Shown here: positions 1 to 10,297 of the stretch, piece by piece
Position numbering within the stretch: the first letter of the stretch is position 1
How the letters are laid out: each line of letters begins with the position of its first letter
Source: Terriglobia bacterium
GTDB lineage: Bacteria > Acidobacteriota > Terriglobia > 20CM-2-55-15
Direction: 5' to 3'
DNA length: 64,000 nt
NCBI GenBank assembly: GCA_965218585.1
Contig: CBDCLE010000026.1
Location: forward strand, 192,001 to 256,000
Position numbers and translations under genes: made by a program
The notes under the pieces: generated by a model
Told to the model about the DNA's origin: nothing
Database searches by the model: none
Seen by the model: only the letters and a program-made list of their open reading frames with translations

Positions 1-1121
1 GCGGCCGTCCCGCAGGGCCCGATCTCCGCTTCAAGATGCCGGTAGGCCTCACCACATGGAACGTCTCCTCCATCGGGTTTGTCCGTTTGCCCGGCAAAGT
101 GCGTGTCGATCCGGCGAACGCGGTCGAACACTGTAACGCGATACTTATCGAAATCCGAAACGGTTCGCCCAAGTCCTGCATCAACGATCCCGTCGAAGCC
201 GACTTCGGCCATAAGGCTACGTGCCCCGACCTTGTCGACGCCCGAGAGCGCGAGACGTGGATCATCAATGTATAGCTGGTCGCCCCCGAGAAGATAGCGA
301 TCGATCCTCCTGACGTCGAAGCCTTTTTCCAACGCCCAGCACTCAGCAACTTTCGTCTTCAGATCCCCGAAGGTCTCTCCCTTGACCAAAACCGACGTGG
401 CCCAATTCTCTTCGGTAATCGTGTCGCGGTCCTGAAGAATGAGGGCGACGCCGGTGGGGTCCAGATAGGGCAGCGCCGCGAGCGCCCAAAGAAACGCTTG
501 TCCCAAATTGCCTAACCCAACCAGCCAGAGCGCGCCGGGCAGGAATACCTCCGCGAAGCGCGGCGCCTTGTCGCCTGCCCTGACAGGCCACAGGTCGATC
601 TCAGCTCGGAGGTCGCGGCAGCGTCCTCTCTCAGCTTCGAAGGCCGCACCGACCGCCAGCGCACCGGCGGCTATTCCGGGCAGCGGATTATCACCTTCGT
701 CCGAGCAGCCTCCACCCGGCGTAGTGATGCCCGCTCGCCAGTCTTCCCACCACGGCGAAACAGACCAAGCTTCGATGCGCGCTCCGTTCGTGCCGACAAA
801 GATCCTGCGCAACGAGCAGCCGTCGAATCCGAAGGCGCCAGCCAAGATGGCTGCCTCAGCGAGGCTTTCCGCAGCAAATGGAAGGGATGAATTGAAAGGC
901 CCATCTATGGCCCCCGAGACCCGAACACCACCGACGAACGTTCTACTAGCTACCGACACAGCCGTCAGTATGGCGGCGTGAGCTGCGGGCGAAGTGGCAT
1001 CGGGCCCCACAACAATCTCTAGGGTGAGCGCCCGCAACTTGGCCTGTGCTTCATCAAAAGAAATGTTCTCGCTGTCGACAAGTATCTTCGCCAGACGCGT
1101 AATCTGTAAATCTAACGCCAT
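1..1121 (-). CDS. bilD: ThiF/E1-like ubiquitin-activating enzyme (BilD-like), 3' end beyond window
   Basis: Hand translation from ATG at 1121 (in-frame alternative 1130): MALDLQITRLAKILVDSE...LWLVGLGNLGQAFLW...QDRDTITEENWATS...IVDAGLG...EIGPCGTAA, open to position 1. GxGxxG loop, candidate catalytic CG. Overlaps JAB stop. Not in ORF track. Confidence 0.85.
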   Translation of the reverse strand, partial: MALDLQITRLAKILVDSENISFDEAQAKLRALTLEIVVGPDATSPAAHAAILTAVSVASRTFVGGVRVSGAIDGPFNSSLPFAAESLAEAAILAGAFGFDGCSLRRIFVGTNGARIEAWSVSPWWEDWRAGITTPGGGCSDEGDNPLPGIAAGALAVGAAFEAERGRCRDLRAEIDLWPVRAGDKAPRFAEVFLPGALWLVGLGNLGQAFLWALAALPYLDPTGVALILQDRDTITEENWATSVLVKGETFGDLKTKVAECWALEKGFDVRRIDRYLLGGDQLYIDDPRLALSGVDKVGARSLMAEVGFDGIVDAGLGRTVSDFDKYRVTVFDRVRRIDTHFAGQTDKPDGGDVPCGEAYRHLEAEIGPCGTA

Positions 1122-1633
1122 GGCCACCATCCGACGTGCAATGGCGACGGGCGGTCGAAGCTGCGGTCCCGCCATTGGCGCGAACCAACGTATTCGTACA
1201 CGCCGATGCGGCCCGGACTGGTTGACCGTGCTGCGAAATACGGGAGGATAACAGCGATGTGGCCGACTTCGGCCATGATCGGATTCGCACGGTCGGACTC
1301 GCTCTGTCGGAAATCACCCGGATGAACGTGGACATCGGCGACAACGGCCCGACCAGTTCTCCGACAATGCAGCCAGAGATCGCCAAGCCGACGGCCATCG
1401 ATTTCGACAATGCCGCTCCTCAGGGCACCCGGATCGATGTCGTCGTAAAAGACGAACTCCTCGATTCGACGTGTCTTGCACCTGGAGCCCAAAAGAAAAG
1501 CGCCGCTCTCGACCCGCCCGCCAGCACGTCGCCTAAGTTCTGCGACGCCAGTGCACCAAACCTCTGCGTCACAAAGAATTTCAGGCGGAGGCCCGAGGAC
1601 GCTGCGCGCGAGCGTTGCTATTAAGGACGCCAT
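1112..1633 (-). CDS. bilC: JAB/MPN metallopeptidase (BilC-like deubiquitinase)
   Basis: ESGAFLLG and VADVHVHP...QSESD (E, HxH, SxxD JAMM motif); likely ATG at 1633 overlapping E2 end. Confidence 0.85.
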   Translation of the reverse strand: MASLIATLARSVLGPPPEILCDAEVWCTGVAELRRRAGGRVESGAFLLGSRCKTRRIEEFVFYDDIDPGALRSGIVEIDGRRLGDLWLHCRRTGRAVVADVHVHPGDFRQSESDRANPIMAEVGHIAVILPYFAARSTSPGRIGVYEYVGSRQWRDRSFDRPSPLHVGWWPWR

Positions 1634-2057
1634 GGAGATCCTCGAAAATGAAAGCAATCCGCCGCTCAGGGGTCCATGCAAGGTGTGGGAAAGTGACCGC
1701 GTTGCTATTGTGGCGGCCGGTCATCCGATCCCATGGGCGGTAGACGCTATCCTTTCCCCAGCATTGAAAAGTCTTCTCGACCCGAGCGCCTCCCTTTGGT
1801 CGCAGCTCACCTGCAAGGGGAGCGTTCCGCTCATGGTCCCAGATCCGAACCATCGGTGCCTGAGCCGGATAATTCGATAGCTCGGCCCGAAATCCGTATT
1901 CGCTGGTCGTGCTGTCCGGCTCAGTCGCGGAAATCACAAAGTCTAGTATGGGGAACTCATTCGAAATGATACGCCAACGCCCCGCATCGCAGCCGCTGAG
2001 AAAATCGCTTTCCTTGAGATCGGCGGCGATGCGGGCAATGCTGGGATCGGCGATCAC
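1581..2057 (-). CDS. bilB: E2-like conjugating protein (BilB-like)
   Basis: Between Ubl and JAB; NYPAQAP...WD...YRPWDR...H...W pattern of bacterial E2 folds; GTGA overlap with Ubl stop. Confidence 0.75.
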   Translation of the reverse strand: MIADPSIARIAADLKESDFLSGCDAGRWRIISNEFPILDFVISATEPDSTTSEYGFRAELSNYPAQAPMVRIWDHERNAPLAGELRPKGGARVEKTFQCWGKDSVYRPWDRMTGRHNSNAVTFPHLAWTPERRIAFIFEDLHGVLNSNARAQRPRASA

Positions 2058-2599
2058 AAGCAGCTCCCATTGGCAATATCGCCACGCACCAGATCAAGGG
2101 CAAGCTCACAGTCTTTTCCGGCCAAATGTCCGACATGCTCCGGCCCGTGCAGTTCCTCCTTGTGGCCACGCCGCGCTAGTTCGAACTCTGCTGCCATGCT
2201 CGAGTCGATATCGAACACCTCAATTGCCCAAGCGAGAACGTCCTTGACGGCCTCAAACCGCTTGAACGCACGTCTGTGTTCGCCCTCCTGATAGTACACA
2301 GTCACTGCTACCTCACCCGTGTGATGGACGTGGTGGCGGCGTTGATGAAAGTAGTTTGCGTCGACCACGATGGCAGGTGTCAGCGGTTCGGTCTCTCCCT
2401 CGCGGACTAGAATTAGCTCTTCGACATTGCAGCCGCGCTCGGCAGCAACTACTTCGAGGATCGCGGTCACGCTACTGCCCAACTCCAGTTCGACGAACCT
2501 CTCCTCGATGCAACCCAATTTCACCGGGATCGAGAACTTCCGCTCGGCCTGCGGCGAGTTCCCGCGGGCATCAGCGCCATTTTTTTCAGTCATTTCCAC
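2054..2599 (-). CDS. bilA: Ubiquitin-like protein (BilA-like, probably two beta-grasp domains)
   Basis: First gene of Ubl-E2-JAB-E1 operon; 181 aa ending LDLVRGDIANG-SCL; GGAG RBS. Confidence 0.7.
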   Translation of the reverse strand: MEMTEKNGADARGNSPQAERKFSIPVKLGCIEERFVELELGSSVTAILEVVAAERGCNVEELILVREGETEPLTPAIVVDANYFHQRRHHVHHTGEVAVTVYYQEGEHRRAFKRFEAVKDVLAWAIEVFDIDSSMAAEFELARRGHKEELHGPEHVGHLAGKDCELALDLVRGDIANGSCL

Positions 2600-2661
2600 A
2601 ATCTCCAGCAGTATTTTTGATCACCAGCGGTGCGGACCTTCCCCACCGACAGCGCCTCTGA

Positions 2662-2690
2662 AGAGTAGCAACTTCGAAAATATGTGTCAA
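2662..2690 (-). promoter_or_regulatory. sigma70-type promoter of bil operon
   Basis: Minus strand TTGACA-N17-TACTCT. Confidence 0.65.
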
Positions 2691-2771
2691 CACCACACAC
2701 GTAAAAGTATGTATAAGTTTGTGAAAAACACATTAATTAGACTTGACGCACACCTAGGAAAGGGGCAGTCT

Positions 2772-3149
2772 ATGAGCGTGTCGGATATGGAGCTTTATCG
2801 TCGCCTCGGGCGGGCAGTTGCCAAGCGACGCGCAGAACTCGGTTTCACCCAAGACGACGTTGCAAAAAGGCTAGGCCTTTCCAGAGCCTCAGTCGCCAAT
2901 CTCGAAAACGGCCGTCAGCGCATCATGGTGCATCAGCTTTTCGCGCTAGCGAACACACTGAACCTCAAAACGATTCTGGATCTAGTACCCAAGACCTGGG
3001 CACCTCCGGGTCCTTTACCGGAGATCAAGGTGAGCGGTTCGGCCCTAAGCCCGCAGCAGCAATCGGCGGTCGAAAACCTGCTTGCCACAGCCTTAACTGA
3101 AGATCGTCTGAGAAACATTCGTCGTGAATCCGTACGCCCAAAGGGATAA
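2772..3149 (+). CDS. XRE-family HTH regulator (CapH-like)
   Basis: MSVSDMELY...TQDDVAKRLGLSRASVANLENG; ATG 2772, divergent from bil operon. Confidence 0.85.
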   Translation: MSVSDMELYRRLGRAVAKRRAELGFTQDDVAKRLGLSRASVANLENGRQRIMVHQLFALANTLNLKTILDLVPKTWAPPGPLPEIKVSGSALSPQQQSAVENLLATALTEDRLRNIRRESVRPKG

Positions 3150-3654
3150 AGCTCGGCGAGCAGCACAGTCCCTGCTTAGCCACCATCGCGTAAGAGCGGC
3201 GCCTGTCCATGTCGAGCGCATAGCCAAGTCCCTTGGTGTGCGCGTCGAGTACGCTCCACTCGACAGTGAACTCTCCGGACTCGCACATATTCGGGATGGC
3301 GTTCCGATCGTAGGCATCAACACGCTGCACGCCCCCAATCGGCAGCGCTTTACGCTCGCCCACGAATTGGGCCACGTTCAGCTTCACCGCCATGAGATTG
3401 AGCACGCCGTACATGTTGATCGCGGTTCGCTACGGCGTGACGCCCTTGCAGCTGAGGGCGTGGACCCTATTGAAATCGAAGCAAACACCTTTGCGGCCGA
3501 ATTGCTCATGCCGACGGACCTCTTAACAACGGCACTCGAAAGACGTTCCGTTGATCTTGAAGATGACAAAGCTGTAACGGCGCTGGCCAAGCGCTTTAGG
3601 GTAAGCGAAGCCGCCATGCGCTATCGGCTGAACTCGCTCGGAGAATCGGAGTGA
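3124..3654 (+). CDS. ImmA/IrrE Zn-metallopeptidase (CapP-like)
   Basis: RQRFTLAHELGH (HExxH) and EANTFAAELLMP. Confidence 0.9.
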   Translation: MNPYAQRDKARRAAQSLLSHHRVRAAPVHVERIAKSLGVRVEYAPLDSELSGLAHIRDGVPIVGINTLHAPNRQRFTLAHELGHVQLHRHEIEHAVHVDRGSLRRDALAAEGVDPIEIEANTFAAELLMPTDLLTTALERRSVDLEDDKAVTALAKRFRVSEAAMRYRLNSLGESE

Positions 3655-5115
3655 GTTTCGTCATCTACGACGTTGAGACCACAGGGCTCACAAGAGGATT
3701 CGATCAAATCGTTGAGTTTGGGGCTATCCGCACAGATTCAGCGCTGAAGTTAACGGACCACTTTCAGATCCGCTGTCGCCTCATGCCTCATGTCATCCCT
3801 TCGCCGAGGGCGCTGTACATTACGGGGCTTCGAATAGAGCAGCTCCTCGATGCATCTCTACCCTCGCACTATGCGATGGTCACAGAGATCCAACGAATCC
3901 TCGACTCATGGTGCCCAGCCCTATTCCTGGGATTTAACTCCTTGTCATTCGATGAGGAATTTTTACGCCGAGCCTTCTATCAGTGTCTTCACCGCCCGTT
4001 CTTGACGAACACTCGGGGAAGCGCTAGAGCCGACGTGCTTAATCTGTGCCGCATGACGGTAGCTCTCAGGCCCCGACGTGATGAAGGCGGCGACCGACGA
4101 GAATGGTCACACAATCTTCAAGCTCAAGGCGCTTGCTGAGACCAACGGCATTGCAGTGCCCTTGTCGCATAGCGCTATGGCGGACGCATCGACAACGCTT
4201 GCGCTTTGCCAAATCATCAGAAGTGGTGCACCTGAAGTCTGGTCACAGTTTCTGAGATTCAGCCAGAAAGCGACTGTCGAGTCTTTCATGAGCGAAGAAG
4301 ACGCTTTTTTGGTATCGGAGACTGTCGGCAATCATCATCGTATCCGCCTCGTAACCCCGATCGGCACACACAGCGAACGAGCGACACGTTACTACTGCCT
4401 TGACCTTGCCACCAATCTTGATGAGCTCCGGGAGATGTCAGATGGGGAACTGATCTGCCTATGTAAGAGCGCCTCACGGCCAATCGTGACAGTTCGCACG
4501 AACGCAGCGCCGACGCTATGGCCGCTCTATGATGCGACTCAAGAACATGTCGCTCCATTCGAGGACGAAACCCAGGTCTTGATGCGTGTCGCACAGATCC
4601 GAACAGCTGGGCCGTTCTTGGAACGGCTTCGAAGAGCGGCCGAGGCAGCCGAACCGTTTTATCCGCCACGAGCGCATGTGGAAGAGCAGCTGTACGCGGG
4701 TGGATTCCCGCTGCCGCAGGACGAAATTCTCATGCGGCGTTTTCATGCAGCCCCTTGGGAACAACGCGCTACGCTGGCGCGCCAACTCAGTGACGCTAGA
4801 TACCATCACCTAGCTCTACGACTCATCTATCTTGAACGGCCTGACTTGCTTGCAATTGAGCGCCGATACGCTGCAGACGACGAGGTGCGCAAACGCCTCA
4901 TGGCTGCTACCGACGCCAACGTGCCTTGGCGCTCAATTCCAGCGGCCCAGCGAGACATGAAAGCTCTCCTAGAATCACGGCTCGAAGGCGATGATTTGGC
5001 GAATCAACTGCGGTACTTGGACTATTTGGAAGAACGCGCGGCCGCGCTTGAAATGCCAATCTCGGGAGCTGGACGCTCGTGCGTCTCTACGGATGTCTGC
5101 TTGACTCGTCAGTGA
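3651..5115 (+). pseudogene. Exonuclease I (SbcB)-like DEDDh exonuclease, frameshift near 4070 (possibly sequencing error)
   Basis: IYDVETTG, GFNSLSFDEE in ORF 3651-4139; SHSAMADA and HVEEQLYAGGF in ORF 4078-5115. Confidence 0.75.
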
Positions 5116-5149
5116 CACAGCGACACGAGGTTACCAGCCACGTGATTCT

Positions 5150-5270
5150 GAATGTGCGGATAAAAACAACGTTGAGTGGCACTACATCGACTTGGTCAAG
5201 CCCATGCATAACGCCTTCATCGAGAGCTTCAACAGCAAGCTGCCCGGCGAACTGCTCAATGCGGTCGGGA
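5150..5270 (+). mobile_element. IS3-family transposase fragment
   Basis: KPMHNAFIESFNSKL integrase-core motif. Confidence 0.55.
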
Positions 5271-5283
5271 CACATTTTCGCTT

Positions 5284-5598
5284 TCAGTCCCAGTCGCCCT
5301 CGGCGTCCCGCCTGAGCGCCTCAGCGAGCTCCGGATCACCCTCGCCGCGGCGGACGGAGCGCTCCACCAGATCGACCCGCCGTCCCAGATCGGCGAGCCC
5401 GGCGCCGCGCGCGGCAGCGTAGACGGCAGCGGCGACGGCAGCCATCACCAGCCCAAGGTGCAAGCCGATGGCGAGGCCATAGTCAGCGAAAATCACCCGC
5501 CAGAACGGCGCCAGATACTCCAAGCGCGAACCACCGGCGAGGACGGTCGATCCGGCAAGAGCCGCGGTCAGGCCGGCGCTGATTCTCCAGGGCTGCAT
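5284..5598 (-). CDS. Small membrane protein of conjugative-element module (copy 1)
   Basis: Hydrophobic segments; paralog at 11877-12190. Confidence 0.55.
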   Translation of the reverse strand: MQPWRISAGLTAALAGSTVLAGGSRLEYLAPFWRVIFADYGLAIGLHLGLVMAAVAAAVYAAARGAGLADLGRRVDLVERSVRRGEGDPELAEALRRDAEGDWD

Positions 5599-5607
5599 CA
5601 GTGTTTC

Positions 5608-6465
5608 CTAAAGCTCGAAAGCGGCCGGGTCCCGCTGGGCCGGACCACGGATGGAAGTCTTGCCGTCGCCGGTACCCAGTATCCGAAGCACGCGGGCTTG
5701 GGAGCGTCCGGTGGCGTGCACCACGAAGCCGGCACGGGCCTTGGCCCGGATAGCGGCGGCGCTGTAGCGTCCGGAGGCCACCTCGACGTTGACGCGGCTG
5801 GTGAGCCCATCCGCATCGGGGTAGTGCACGCGCCCCTGCTCGTCGATGGGCAGGTCCAGTTCCCGTGCGGCGCGGCGCCGCTCGGCATCGGCCGCTTGTC
5901 GGCCGTCCCGGACCCGGGCGGTTTCGCTGCGGCGAGCGATGATGCTCTTCAGTTCGGCATCGAGCCACACGCGGTGGAGGGTGGCGCCCTGTTCGGACAA
6001 GCGCTGCTGCTCCCGCCCGCAGGCTCGATAGATCCCTGTGTCGTGGACGATCTGGGCGCGCTGGACCCGCCCCGACAAGACTTGCTGTTCCCGGTCCAGT
6101 CCCCGCTCGACGGCCAGCTTGCGGGCGGTGTCCGCCCCTCATGCGGTGAGCGTCAACACCTTGAATGGATTTCCCTTCGGGCCTGTGGCCGTGGACTCCC
6201 GCGCGAGTCCTTCCTCGATCCAGCAGTTGACGGCCCTTCGGGTCGTGTAGGGATGGCCGCCGAAGTGAGCTTCGGCCAGGTCGCGAAACGAGATGCTGCG
6301 GTAGATCCGGACATCGGCCAGATCGCGCTTCGACCGTCCGTGAAAGGACACGCGCTCGGTATGCCTCCGGGGGGCGTACTCGCGGCGATGGCCGTCCCTC
6401 ATCCGGTTGGCAAGGCGGACCTCCGGCACCAGACTCCGATCCGATCACGCGATCCAGCATCGTCA
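5608..6465 (-). pseudogene. Degraded replication-relaxation-like protein (copy 1)
   Basis: Fragments match C-terminal third of ORF 12201-15050 (AHFGGHPYTTRRAVN, HYPDA...VNVEV) with deletions and frameshifts. Confidence 0.55.
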
Positions 6466-6776
6466 CTCCCTCAGCGGCCCGATCCGAAACTCCGGCCCGG
6501 AACCGGGAGCTTGTGTTGCGGCTGCATCGCGGCCTCGGGAGATTTAGATCGAAAAGATCGGCGCCTCTTTGTAAAGCGAAACCGCATCTGCAACGGGTCC
6601 GCTGTTACCCTGGTAGAGTAGATATTCAGAAGGCTCCCAACTAATTTTGCTGCGGATTTTAGACGTCAACACTTCACTTTGAACATGAAAATAAATATTG
6701 GCTTAATTTTTGTTCACATCGGGGCTGTTTTCCGTCTATACTTGGACCTGTCAGTGGGGGAGGTCGACCGATACCA

Positions 6777-7449
6777 ATGAGTGAAAGAACCGAAACTCTG
6801 CTCAGAAGCGTCTTTACGGAGACCATTCAGTCTGCGCTCGTCGCCGCCATAAGCTCTGCTTACGACCTGAACATGGAACGCTATGCGCCCGAAGTTGGGG
6901 ACGACGCCATGTTGTTCGGCTTGATGAACTACAAGTCAAAAGTCCCACTTCTTAACGCGTCTGGGGGTCGATGCCTCCAAAGACTGGGTCACCGTCATCC
7001 GCCAGACGCCATCCTTTGAGTTCAAGATCGGGAACTACAAGCTGTCGGCCTACTGCGCAGGACACACTAGCACTGTCGAGCCCCGAAATGCGTTTCCCTA
7101 CAATAGAAACCGCGCAGCAAGGATAGTCGAAACGAATCGGAACCAGTTGTCGTTCCCCTTTGCTATCTCCGGCAAAGAAGCTCCTGATGTCGACGACTCG
7201 AAATGCCCTGAACTAGTACTCGCTGACATCGGGAATCCCCTAGAGGGCCTCCTCAAGGTTTTTCTCGCCGTTCCGATCGAAAAAGACGAGGATGGCCGGA
7301 TTACGCGTTGGGGAACGATTCTCGAGATTTGGAACAAGGCATCGCACGAGCGTCCACGGGTCGCTTCCGGCACGCCTTCCCCACCACCGGAGCCGATCAA
7401 GGAACCCGTCGTCACGTTGCGAACAAACACCGTGGAGCGAGAGCGTTGA
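6777..7449 (+). CDS. Hypothetical ~220 aa protein, putative toxin; one frameshift near 6943
   Basis: Frame change joins MSERTET...NYKSK to HFLTRLG...NQLSFPF...VERER; stop overlaps TTG start of next gene. Confidence 0.55.
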
Positions 7450-8552
7450 AGCCACTCGATCTTTACACGGCAGCCCACATGTTCGAGGCAGACCAACTGC
7501 GGCTGGCACGGGAATACCGGGGGCTTCAAAGAAAGGAACTCGCAAAGTTGCTTGGCGTAACACCGAGCGCCGTCAGCCAATACGAGGCGGGTAGGATCAA
7601 GCCAACGCCGCAGATGATTTCCCGTATGAAGCTAGCGCTGCACTTTCCAGTTGGTTTCTTCGTCGAGCCTCCCTCGTCCAGCGTCGCCGTCGACCAGTGT
7701 CACTTTCGTAGTTTGCGGTCTTGCACGCAAACGCAACGCAGGAGAATGGCCGCGGCAGCCACCCTCGTGGGAGGGCTGGTTGCACATCTTGCTGTCAATG
7801 TCGATTTCCCTACGGAAAACCTACTCTTGTTAGTGTCAGATCCACCAGACAGTGACGAAGAGATCGAAGGGCTGGCAGTCGATGCACGGAAACACTGGGG
7901 CCTGGGTCTGGGTCCGATCACACACATCTCGAAACTCGTTGAAAGTCACGGCGTCGTAGTCAGCCGTACTTTCCACGATTGCGCACAAGTCGACGCGTTC
8001 TCGCTTTGGCACTCGGCGCGCCCCTTGATATTCCTGAATGCCGACAAGAATAGCGGGACACGAAGCCGCTATGATGTCGCTCACGAACTTGGGCATCTCG
8101 TTATGCATACCGACTGCCTTCCTGGCGACCAAAGACACGAGCAGCAAGCCCATCGGTTCGCAGGCGCATTTCTACTACCGCGAGAAACCTTTGGTCGTGA
8201 ATGTCCGAGGCGTTTAATCTGGCCGCATTTGCTGGAACTCAAAGAACGATGGGGCGTTTCCCTGTCAGCTATCGCGCATCGCGCCTTCGATATCGGACTC
8301 TTCTCCGCTAGCGCATACCGACGGGCCAACGTTCAGTTGTCCCAACGCGGCTGGCGGGATAAGGAGCCTCAGGAGCCGTTGCCGGAGGAGCCAACGCTCC
8401 TGCGCCGCGCCCTTTCTCTGTTGGAAACAACCGGTAAGACCCTTGCCAGCATTGCCAGCGAGCTGAACATGACCCAGCACGACATCGAACTACTTGTCGG
8501 CGGTCCATTTCAACCACAGAAGGATCGGCCGAGTCTCTCTTTCGGCGAATGA
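7446..8552 (+). CDS. XRE-HTH plus ImmA/IrrE peptidase fusion (antitoxin-like)
   Basis: LAKLLGVTPSAVSQYEAG HTH, HFRS, AHELGH, EQQAHRFAGAFLLP; start at 7446 or ATG 7479. Confidence 0.88.
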   Translation: MKPLDLYTAAHMFEADQLRLAREYRGLQRKELAKLLGVTPSAVSQYEAGRIKPTPQMISRMKLALHFPVGFFVEPPSSSVAVDQCHFRSLRSCTQTQRRRMAAAATLVGGLVAHLAVNVDFPTENLLLLVSDPPDSDEEIEGLAVDARKHWGLGLGPITHISKLVESHGVVVSRTFHDCAQVDAFSLWHSARPLIFLNADKNSGTRSRYDVAHELGHLVMHTDCLPGDQRHEQQAHRFAGAFLLPRETFGRECPRRLIWPHLLELKERWGVSLSAIAHRAFDIGLFSASAYRRANVQLSQRGWRDKEPQEPLPEEPTLLRRALSLLETTGKTLASIASELNMTQHDIELLVGGPFQPQKDRPSLSFGE

Positions 8553-8560
8553 GGGCCTAG

Positions 8561-10297
8561 CCCGCATATTTCACCAATAGGACCAGAAAAGGCCGCCCTG
8601 TCTGGCATAAAGCGTTTTGGAATAAACGTTTAACAAGCCAAACGGAGACGGCCCTTATGAGAACAGAGTGTAACCAAGTCACGTTCGAATTTCACGGACT
8701 ACTTCATCGAAAAGTGAAGGCGCGTTTTGACGGCGGAAAGATCACCTCCGACGCTGGGGTTCTGCTGTTGCGGGAAGTGGAAAAGCGAACCGGGTTGATC
8801 GACGGACTGGCCCAGTGTTTTACCGATCACCGGACCAGAGGTTGATCGAACACACGGTAAAGGAATTGTTGGGGCAGCGTGTCTATGGGCTCTGTTTGGG
8901 ATATGAAGACCTGAACGATCACGACCAGCTGCGGACCGATCCGATGCTGGCCGTGGCAGTGGAGAAGGCCGATCCTTTGGGAGAGAGCCGACGCCAGGCC
9001 GGGGACCGGGGAAAGGCGCTGGCGGGCAAGTGTACGCTCAACCGGCTGGAGCTGAGAGGGGCTGAGGCCGATGGCCAGGAGCGGTACAAGAAGATCGTCA
9101 TGGATGAGGACCGGATTGAGGGCTGGATGGTCGATGCGTTTCTAGCCGCCCACGACACGGCACCGGAAGAGATTGTTCTGGACATGGACGCGACCGATGA
9201 TCCGATCCATGGTCAACAGGAAGGCCGGTTCTTTCACGGCTACTACCGCCGCTATTGCTATCTGCCTTTGTACATCTTCTGTGGCGAACATCTGTTGTGC
9301 GCCCGTCTGCGCCGATCCAATATCGATGGTGCCGATGGAGCGGTGGATGAGTTGAAACGTATCATCGGCCAGATCCGTCACGGCTGGCCGGAAGTGAGGA
9401 TCATCATCCGGGCCGATTCCGGCTTTTGCCGGGATGAATTACTCCGTTGGTGTGAGGTCCATCAGCTCGATTACGTGATCGGGTTGGCCAAGAACGACCG
9501 TCTCAAGCGAGAGATTGCTCAAGAAATGACTCAGGCCGAAGCGGAGTTTAACACCACCGGAAAACCGGCGCGGGTGTTTAAGGATTTCCAGTACCGGACC
9601 CTGAAGAGCTGGAGCTGCACCCGACGCGGCGTTGCCAAGGCCGAGTTCCTGAACAAGGGTGCCAATCCTCGATTCGTGGTGACCTCATTACCGACAAAAC
9701 GCCTCGCCGCCCAAGCTCTCTATGAAGATTTCTACTGCGCTCGCGGTGACATGGAGAACCGCATCAAGGAACAACAACTGGATCTGTTTGCCGACCGCAC
9801 CAGCGCGGCGACGATGCGTGCCAATCAGCTCCGGCTGTATCTATCCTCAGCCGCTTACATGCTCATGCATGCACTGCGTCGTCTGGGGCTCAAGGATACC
9901 CCGCTGGCCCGCGCTCAATGCCAGACCATCCGCCTGAAGCTTCTCAAGATCGGCGCTCGCATCCGCCTGACGGTCCGCAACGTCTGGCTCTCGATGTCGG
10001 AGGCCTATCCCTACGCCGAAGTCTTTGCGACCATCCTTCGCAACCTGCAGTCGATTCCTCTGCGGTGCTGACACAGGACCCCGATCCACGGCTCCAAAAT
10101 AGACTTGTTTCTTTCTCCGACGGAGAGCTCTGCCTGACTACCTTATCCAGGCCTCCTTCAAACCCCAGAAACAAACCCACTCATGGCCAGCGACACCCTG
10201 ATTGTCCCCATCCGTGCCTTACCGGAACCCAGACTCTCCCAACGCCCACTCTTCCGCACGAAAACGCGCTTCATTCACGATTGGTGAAATATGCGGG
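8561..10297 (+). mobile_element. IS1380-family element, copy 1 (transposase 8657-10071, one frameshift)
   Basis: IRs CCCGCATATTTCACCAAT; CTAG on both flanks; FDGGKITSDAG, DMDATDD, RADSGF, RGDMENRIKE. Confidence 0.93.

Noticed and set aside
508-981. 157-aa plus-strand ORF and neighbouring short ORFs
   Set aside because: Antisense shadows of the minus-strand E1 gene.
2370-2771. N-terminal extension of the 259-aa ORF
   Set aside because: Overlaps the Ubl gene and promoter; the HTH protein starts at 2772.
5458-6621. 387-aa plus-strand ORF
   Set aside because: Antisense of the degraded relaxase-like gene in GC-rich DNA.
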